Position numbers and translations under genes: made by a program
Assembly (NCBI GenBank): GCA_016840035.1
Contig: JAEOTC010000030.1
Span: 32,001 to 96,000, forward strand
Length of the DNA: 64,000 nt
DNA from: Candidatus Hodarchaeota archaeon
Lineage (GTDB): Archaea > Asgardarchaeota > Heimdallarchaeia > Hodarchaeales > Hodarchaeaceae
Reading direction: 5' to 3'
Shown here: positions 58,011-64,000 of the stretch, piece by piece
How positions within the stretch are numbered: position 1 is the first letter of the stretch
Layout of the letters: each line of letters begins with the position of its first letter
Notes under the pieces: generated by a model
Database searches by the model: none
The model's input: only the letters and a program-made list of their open reading frames with translations
What the model was told of the DNA's origin: nothing

Positions 58011-58535
58011 TTAGAACTTTTCAAGTTCTCGCAATGCGGCTTCAAGTTCATCCTTTTCAAGGCCTGTGCGGACTTCGGGTGATTTGGAAGGAGTGCCTGG
58101 GATTGCTCGAGATGGTTGGCCTGCTAGAAATTCATCAAGAATAGAGCTAAGTTCTTCATTGGCTTTTCTCATAAGTAAACGAATCATACCGATATTTACT
58201 TCAGCATCTGAGATTATTGTTAAAATTCCTCGTCCACAAGCACTGGCAAATATCTTTCCAGTGTCAAATTCTGAGGTAACTATGTCCAATCCACCAATTG
58301 TGAGATTAGATCCTTGTTCTGCTGAAGCCATGAAAACAGCGGAAGCAATCGCTCCAATACCATCCACATCGACAGAAACATAACTAAACTTGGAAACATG
58401 GGCGATCGTTAGGCCAGTCCGGTCGACTAGAATTATTTTTCGAATACCGGGTTCACTTTTAATGATTTTACTGAGTACACTGTCAAACCTTCGAGGATCT
58501 ATCAAACTAGTAATCTCCTGCTTGTCTTTTTCCAA
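58011..58535 (-). CDS. Roadblock/LC7 (MglB-like) protein with C-terminal extension
   Basis: ILVDRTGLTIA...GAIASAVF...VNIGMIRL, then a linker and a terminal helix. Confidence 0.9.
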   Translation of the reverse strand: MEKDKQEITSLIDPRRFDSVLSKIIKSEPGIRKIILVDRTGLTIAHVSKFSYVSVDVDGIGAIASAVFMASAEQGSNLTIGGLDIVTSEFDTGKIFASACGRGILTIISDAEVNIGMIRLLMRKANEELSSILDEFLAGQPSRAIPGTPSKSPEVRTGLEKDELEAALRELEKF

Positions 58536-58755
58536 GTTCAGAGAAAATTAAATAAATTTTATCTCCGTATACCAATGCAAGATTAGTTCTTAATAAATTT
58601 AGCTTATTAACCTTTCATAGATTTGAAAACTTTCTTGAAAAAATTGACCCTACTACTATTCAAACTTCATTAGCATTAATTCTGATAACTTATACGAAAA
58701 TAATCGTAGTTTCCTTTGAGTATACATTTGATGATAAATGTTACACTTTTTTCCC

Positions 58756-59583
58756 TTATGCAAAATAAGCAGTAATAACGAAAATGGCATTTCCTAGTAG
58801 TAGTTCCAATAAAAAGCCTAATAATATGAATAAAATGAATGGAAGAGAAGGTTGAACCCATATACTTTGTTTATCATGAGTTATAGTTTGTTGAGCAACG
58901 GTCATTTTTCTTTTAAGGTCATCTTCTGGGGTATCAAGCCGAAGTTTGAAGGTAAATTTCCAACCACTTTCCTCATTATACTCTTCTAAAAAATCGAAAT
59001 GCCATGGTTTTCTCTCTATCTCTTCTAAAATGAATTGAGTTCTTCGTGGATAACCAATAAAGTATAGCGCAAATCTCTTTGTCATTGATGCATTTGATAT
59101 TCCGTAAAGCTCACCAGTTCTAATTTTTCTTATGAGATTATAACAGAAAATAATAACTGGAGCACTTATAGCCAATAAATAGGCGTTGAAAAATGTCCCC
59201 ACAATTTTCGGAGTGATAGTAAAGATTATGTCATATTTCGGATCTGTAATTGAAAAAATCGGCTGTAAAATAGGTGTGATAAATGAGATAGCTACAAAAG
59301 CTATTCTATCTGCTTCTCCTCCTAATCCTGATATAGAAAGAAAAAGAGCTAGTATTATTGCAAAAAAAACATTTCCTAACCAAGTGAAAAGATAATTTTG
59401 AATTGAAGTACCATTATATAATAATAAAAGAATTTGAAGGCTGTGTAGTACACATCCACTAATAGCAATTACCACCCAAATCCAATCCACAACTTCACGT
59501 GTTTTTAAATCTTGAATTGACCCAATTAATAAAATAAAAAGCGCAATTAAAACAAGAAAGAGGTTTATTAGGAATTCTAACAT
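58756..59583 (-). CDS. Type IV prepilin/prearchaellin peptidase (A24 family)
   Basis: QDLKTREV.D, GGEAD, C-terminal IWVQPSLPF..FI..G. Confidence 0.85.
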   Translation of the reverse strand: MLEFLINLFLVLIALFILLIGSIQDLKTREVVDWIWVVIAISGCVLHSLQILLLLYNGTSIQNYLFTWLGNVFFAIILALFLSISGLGGEADRIAFVAISFITPILQPIFSITDPKYDIIFTITPKIVGTFFNAYLLAISAPVIIFCYNLIRKIRTGELYGISNASMTKRFALYFIGYPRRTQFILEEIERKPWHFDFLEEYNEESGWKFTFKLRLDTPEDDLKRKMTVAQQTITHDKQSIWVQPSLPFILFILLGFLLELLLGNAIFVITAYFA

Positions 59584-59950
59584 TGTTGATAGATCCGTTT
59601 TACGGATTGATCTTCTTTGGTTTTCATCTATTCACATTCACACAAATCTGACTGAACTAATTGCTCCTTCTAACTTAAATGTTCCCAAATTTTGTTAAGA
59701 ATATTGAAGTAATTTAAATTTAATTTTCAATGTTAAATTTCCTTGATCGTTAACAGATCAGGGGTTTTCCATTAAAATAAGTGTATAAATCATGCGAATC
59801 CACATTTTGGCTGGTGAAATCGCTTTTTTCCGATATTAATTGCAATATATAGAACCTAAGTAACAAGTAAAAACATTCTAAAATAATCATGAGGGGAGTT
59901 TTAATAGATCGCTAGATCAAGTAATTCCAAATCAAACTAAAAATTTGACA

Positions 59951-60116
59951 GCCACTGTGGCTTATGAGATTTTCTATTGATCATCTCGGCAAAGCACGGT
60001 TATAGCGCCTCCTTGGTATTACTCACGGATTTACTGATGAGAAACAAACAGGAGGATGTCGTGGGTTCAAAAAATAGCAATTTGTGGATTACTGTTTGAA
60101 ATTCCCACCAGTGGCT
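59951..60116 (+). tRNA. tRNA-Thr(GGU) with three predicted introns (14/15: 59965-59993; 37/38: 60019-60049; 59/60: 60072-60102)
   Basis: Acceptor GCCACTG/CAGTGGC, anticodon stem CCTCC/GGAGG with GGT, T stem GTGGG/CCCAC. Removing the three inserts gives a 75-nt cloverleaf. Confidence 0.88.
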
Positions 60117-60317
60117 TCATACTTTACTTGATCCATCCTTTTTCTAATGGGAAAATGTCCTTAGACAAGAATTCATTCTTCTAAAAGCTTTTCTTATACA
60201 TTCGATATATTTTAAAATCAAATTCGGGGTATTTACACAGATTCTCCTCCACTAGCTATTTTATCTTGTCATGATTCTGGCTTTTCAGGGAATATCAAAC
60301 ATCAACAAGTAATAATT

Positions 60318-60968
60318 TTGAGAGAATTTATTGGAGGAATTTATTTGGACTACGATAAATTAATTGAACTATGGAAAAATGAAAGATCCAATTCTTCGCT
60401 GTGCAATATTCCTAAAGACCTGTATGTTACTCTTGATGGATTTCTTGTTAATATCTCTGCTGATATTCAGCAACCAACAAATAAAAATATCGCTAATGCA
60501 GTATTAGATAGAATTTTTTTTATTAGAAAAGATATCGTTCAATTAAGGCTTGTTAAAATAGTAAATCTCGTCATTAATAATATTTCCTTTGATGAAAATG
60601 TCTTAACATGGGGGGAACGAAGAATAGCAAAAAATCTACGTCTCACGATTGAAACGATTGGCGTTGAGAAACCAAACATTTTAGATGAAATTGAAGTTTC
60701 ACCCAAAATAGACCAAATTGAAAATTCTAACGTAGTTCTAGACCCCTTTAAGGAGAATAGTGAGAAAAAAACTACTGTGATTGAATATTCAACAGTCAGA
60801 ATGCTTTATGATATTGAAGCGTTCATTGGTTTGGATGAAATCTCATACGGACCATTAGAAAAAAATGATATCGTAAATCTTCCGTTAGAAAACGCAACTG
60901 CCTTGATAGCACGTGGAGTTGCTCGTCTAATAGAAACCCCCGAATTGAAAACCCCTGGTGAATCATAA
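60318..60968 (+). CDS. GINS complex protein (Gins51-type, A+B domain)
   Basis: E.....L..IP.D.Y...RL.KI...LT..E; B domain FIGLDEISYGPLEKNDIVNLP.ENA..LI.RG.A. Confidence 0.85.
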   Translation: MREFIGGIYLDYDKLIELWKNERSNSSLCNIPKDLYVTLDGFLVNISADIQQPTNKNIANAVLDRIFFIRKDIVQLRLVKIVNLVINNISFDENVLTWGERRIAKNLRLTIETIGVEKPNILDEIEVSPKIDQIENSNVVLDPFKENSEKKTTVIEYSTVRMLYDIEAFIGLDEISYGPLEKNDIVNLPLENATALIARGVARLIETPELKTPGES

Positions 60969-61162
60969 TGAAGAAGAAATATATTCCTCAACCCCGCTCA
61001 AATTTCCTTAAAGTCTCATGTGAATGTGGAAATGTTCAGGAAATTTTTTCCCATGCAACTACACATATTAATTGTCGTGTTTGTGGGAAAGTACTTGCTG
61101 AACCTCGTTCTGGAATCACCCGACTCTTTGGAGAAGTTATTGAAATTCTAGATAATAAATAG
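60968..61162 (+). CDS. rps27e: 30S ribosomal protein S27e
   Basis: P.P.S.FLKV.C.CGN.Q.IFSHA...C..CG..LAEP. Confidence 0.95.
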   Translation: MKKKYIPQPRSNFLKVSCECGNVQEIFSHATTHINCRVCGKVLAEPRSGITRLFGEVIEILDNK

Positions 61163-61172
61163 GTGAAATAAA

Positions 61173-61958
61173 ATGGACTCAAAATTTCCTGCAGTTGGTG
61201 AACTAGTTGTTGGATCTTGCTCAAAAGTTACACCCCATGGAGCATATTTCGAAATATTCGATTATGAAGGACTAGGAACAGAAGCAGGATTTGTTCATAT
61301 TTCAGAATTGAGTCGAACTTGGGTTAGGAATATTAGAAGTCAAGTCCGCGAAGGACAAAGAGTTGTAGCGAAGATCTTGCGTATTGACTCCGCACGGGGA
61401 GAAATAGATATGTCTATTAGGAGAGTTTCAGAACCTCAGCGACGTACGAAGTTAACTGAACTGAAACAAGAGAATAGGGCTAGGGGAATCGTTGCTGTTG
61501 CTTGTGAAAAATCAGAAGTTGAAACAGAGAGAATAGAAAAAATTCTTCTTACTCAGTATGGATCTATTTATGAGGCACTTCTTCAGCTACGTGAACAATC
61601 AGTAAAAGTGTTGACAAAGATCGAAATACCTGAAGAGGTTGCCACTATGTTGTATGATCTTGCTGTAAAAGAATTACAACCTCCTACAGTCCGTTTACTT
61701 GGAAAAATTTCCGTTACCTGTTATGATTCGGATGGTGCTGTAGTACTTTCAAACTTCTTCAAAAAATATAAACAAACTTTTAAGAAAAAGCACAAAGGTT
61801 CAGATCTATCAATGCAAGTAATCTCTCCTCCAGATTATAGATGTACAATTGAGAGTGCTGATTGGAAAACTGCTGAAACAGTGTGGAAAAACGTCCAAAA
61901 AGAGGTTCAAGATAGCCTTAGGGGTCATGAAATTGAAATTGCTTTCGAAAGAAAATAA
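61173..61958 (+). CDS. eif2a: Translation initiation factor aIF2 alpha
   Basis: P.VGELVVG, HISELSRTWVRNIR, IDMS.RRV. Confidence 0.93.
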   Translation: MDSKFPAVGELVVGSCSKVTPHGAYFEIFDYEGLGTEAGFVHISELSRTWVRNIRSQVREGQRVVAKILRIDSARGEIDMSIRRVSEPQRRTKLTELKQENRARGIVAVACEKSEVETERIEKILLTQYGSIYEALLQLREQSVKVLTKIEIPEEVATMLYDLAVKELQPPTVRLLGKISVTCYDSDGAVVLSNFFKKYKQTFKKKHKGSDLSMQVISPPDYRCTIESADWKTAETVWKNVQKEVQDSLRGHEIEIAFERK

Positions 61959-61986
61959 ATAACTGTGAGATAATTCTGGGATCTAA

Positions 61987-62163
61987 ATGCGTCTATTAAA
62001 AAGGTGTAATTGCAGATATACAATAGATCAATCTCTTAAAACATGTAATTCATGTAATCATTCTTTTAAATCTGCTTATCCACCAAAATTTTCTCCACAT
62101 GATAAATACGCAGAATATCGTAGACGAATGAAACAGGAAGCGAAAAACAGGGGTATCTTATGA
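61987..62163 (+). CDS. nop10: H/ACA sRNP protein Nop10 (not in ORF track)
   Basis: Manual translation gives MRLLKRCNCRYTI...CNSC...SAYPPKFSPHDKYAEYRRRMK; canonical position after aIF2 alpha. Confidence 0.93.
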   Translation: MRLLKRCNCRYTIDQSLKTCNSCNHSFKSAYPPKFSPHDKYAEYRRRMKQEAKNRGIL

Positions 62164-62654
62164 CCGAACAGACTTCAGTAATCATCAGAAATTTCGAATT
62201 AAAAGACCTGGATCTTGTAATTAATATAAATCGGAAGTGCCTGCCAGAGAACTACCCCGAAGGATTTTTTCGGACGATTTATTCTGAATGTCCCAAAGGA
62301 TTCATTCTTGCTGAAGTTAATGGAAGTATTGTCGGTTATACAATGGGTCGGATTGAAAGTGGTTTGAGTCTTTTTTCCATCTTTCATAGAGCAAAAAAGG
62401 GCCATACTGTAAGTATAGCTGTTCTACCAGAATATCGACGAAATAAAATAGCTACAAAACTGATAAACGCCTCTGCAACTGGAATGAGAGAATATGGGGC
62501 AGAAGAGCTCTTCTTAGAGGTAAGGATGTCAAATACTGCTGCTGTTAAATTATATGAGGCTCTAGGATACAAAATCCTCAAAGAATTGCGCCATTATTAC
62601 CGTGATATGGAAGGAGCATATTTAATGGCACAAAAAGTCAAGAAAAAAGACTGA
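62160..62654 (+). CDS. ard1: N-terminal acetyltransferase (Ard1/RimI GNAT)
   Basis: N..CLPENY, GH.VSIAVLPEYRR, LEVRMSN, YY.D.E.AY.M. Confidence 0.9.
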   Translation: MTEQTSVIIRNFELKDLDLVININRKCLPENYPEGFFRTIYSECPKGFILAEVNGSIVGYTMGRIESGLSLFSIFHRAKKGHTVSIAVLPEYRRNKIATKLINASATGMREYGAEELFLEVRMSNTAAVKLYEALGYKILKELRHYYRDMEGAYLMAQKVKKKD

Positions 62655-62977
62655 ACTATTTTTATTCCCTTTTAAACACTGGTAATGCACGGGAACCAAG
62701 ATAATTCAATGTTGGATTGGGGTTGGACTTTTAGGAAAGAATAAGATCTTAAATGCCTATTTACAGTAACTTCCTTTCTCTGTATGAGACGAGTTCTTGG
62801 AGTTTGGGAGGTATTTGTAAAACTACTAGAGGAGTATTAGATAATTCTGTACACACCTGAACATAAAGCTTTAAAAGGTTTAAAATCGTTACAAATGTGA
62901 ATAACGGATATTGACGATTTTAATACGTTGAAATTGTGTGAAATAATTTCTAACAATATATTTAAGAGAAAATTAAA

Positions 62978-63979
62978 TTGGTGACTCTTGCTTTGAGAGA
63001 AAAATACCAAAACGCAAGTAATGCGCTAAATAAACTAAGTAATGCAGCTACCATTAAAGCTAAGCATCTATCTGATGTGGTTATCAAATCTTACTCACAG
63101 TTCCAAGAGATTCGATATCAGAGTGAGACTGTACCTGATATTATTATGCACTCCGATAATAAAAAATCGAATCTAAAAGAAAGTGGGGAAATTCGCGTTG
63201 CTCAGTTATTATCAGCTATTCTATGTGATCAAATAACAGAGAAATCTAATAAGTTGACGGAGGATCTTGAATTTGGAAGTATGGATCTAGATCTTCGTTC
63301 GGAAATATTAGAGCTTCGTGAACAAATAACAAGATTGGAAGAAGTAGTACAAGTTCAAACTAAACTCGCTAATGGAGCACCAGTTTCAACCGAGGGAATT
63401 AAGAACTTGCAAAAGAAGTACGATTCCCGAATTAAACAATTAGAGAATACGCTTCTTCGACAAGAGGGACGTTCACTTACTATAACAGCGTTAGATGCAA
63501 CCCAAAAACCAAAAATATTTGGAAAAGGAAAATTTATTGATAATTTAGCTGATTTAGTTCTTGAACAAGGAAAAACTCTTCGTGCTAGCGCAGGTGGTTA
63601 CATTTCCATGGCAAACCTGTATACTTCGCTGAGAGATAAAGTTCCAGATATAAAATTCTCTTTGAAAGATCTAGAAAAAGCCTGTAAACAGTTAACCAAG
63701 CAATCATTAATCGAAGGGATTTCTACTCAATCTGGAATTAAAATTGTCGAATTTACGCCAGTTTCTCTGGGAAAAGATGCTCGAAGCATATTTAATATCG
63801 CAGTTGAGAAGGGTTACGTTACAATTGAGGAAGTTATGATTCATACCAAATGGGATCAACAGCGAGTAACACGAGTATTAGATAGTCTTGTAAATCAAAA
63901 TATTGCACGAAAAGTATCATCACTTGATTCGGGAGATCAATATTACTTCCCGGGGTTATATGGAGATGATGATTGGTAG
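62978..63979 (+). CDS. ESCRT-II Vps22/Vps36-like (EAP30) protein with N-terminal coiled coil
   Basis: Tandem WH: GGYISM..LY...FS.KDL.KAC..L; KGYVT.EE......W...R...VL..LV....A......YYFPGL, matching the Vps22/SNF8 pattern. Confidence 0.85.
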   Translation: MVTLALREKYQNASNALNKLSNAATIKAKHLSDVVIKSYSQFQEIRYQSETVPDIIMHSDNKKSNLKESGEIRVAQLLSAILCDQITEKSNKLTEDLEFGSMDLDLRSEILELREQITRLEEVVQVQTKLANGAPVSTEGIKNLQKKYDSRIKQLENTLLRQEGRSLTITALDATQKPKIFGKGKFIDNLADLVLEQGKTLRASAGGYISMANLYTSLRDKVPDIKFSLKDLEKACKQLTKQSLIEGISTQSGIKIVEFTPVSLGKDARSIFNIAVEKGYVTIEEVMIHTKWDQQRVTRVLDSLVNQNIARKVSSLDSGDQYYFPGLYGDDDW

Positions 63980-64000
63980 GTATAAACGATGGCTGAACCA

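Noticed and set aside
59985-60006. Alternative tRNA-Thr parse using GGCAAAGC as the D-arm 3' half, with a fourth 11-nt intron
   Set aside because: It gives a perfect D stem but no convincing splice motif and no clear G15. The 14/15 parse has BHB-like support. Not fully excluded.
1802-62581. Numerous short antisense or alternate-frame ORFs in the track (e.g. 2260-2670, 9738-10235, 28754-28999, 43287-43595, 54506-54844, 58066-58383)
   Set aside because: They lie inside well-supported conserved genes and show no recognisable motifs; treated as shadow ORFs.
62655-62977. Possible small gene or ncRNA between ard1 and the ESCRT-II gene
   Set aside because: Only short ORFs without motifs, and no convincing stem-loops or C/D boxes were found by eye.
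1-64000. CRISPR arrays, rRNA, transposases, integrases, prophage or defence islands
   Set aside because: No regularly spaced repeats, no long GC-rich structural RNA and no such protein motifs were seen. The regions flanking the tRNAs hold housekeeping genes.

Overview
AT-rich, gene-dense archaeal chromosome segment, most likely from an Asgard archaeon. This is inferred from co-occurring eukaryotic-signature-type genes (ESCRT-II Vps22/36-like, TRAP-beta-like, roadblock proteins with an MglA-like GTPase) and from Rpo8, PolB1 and RPA2/RPA3-like genes. Most of the window is core information processing: ribosomal proteins, TBP/TFB/TFS/Rpo7/Rpo8/Spt4, KEOPS, C/D and H/ACA sRNP proteins, Nmd3, aIF2 alpha/beta, GINS, GlyRS, scattered V/A-ATPase subunits and an H+-PPase. 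There are three tRNA genes: Leu(CAA) with one intron, Leu(GAG), and a Thr(GGU) that appears to be split by three introns. Separate catalytic and structural splicing-endonuclease subunit genes are present. Several genes missing from the ORF track were recovered by hand: a partial PINA, Sec61beta, Nop10 and a 48-aa membrane peptide; TFB also extends upstream to a probable CTG start. The most unusual items are the triple-intron tRNA, an MglA/2xMglB/TPR/prepilin-peptidase cluster, an apparently domesticated catalytically dead LAGLIDADG protein, a polyproline protein with a WH2/acidic-Trp-like tail, and a triple winged-helix protein. No CRISPR array, rRNA or transposase was seen. All family assignments come from motif recognition by eye; no database searches were run.
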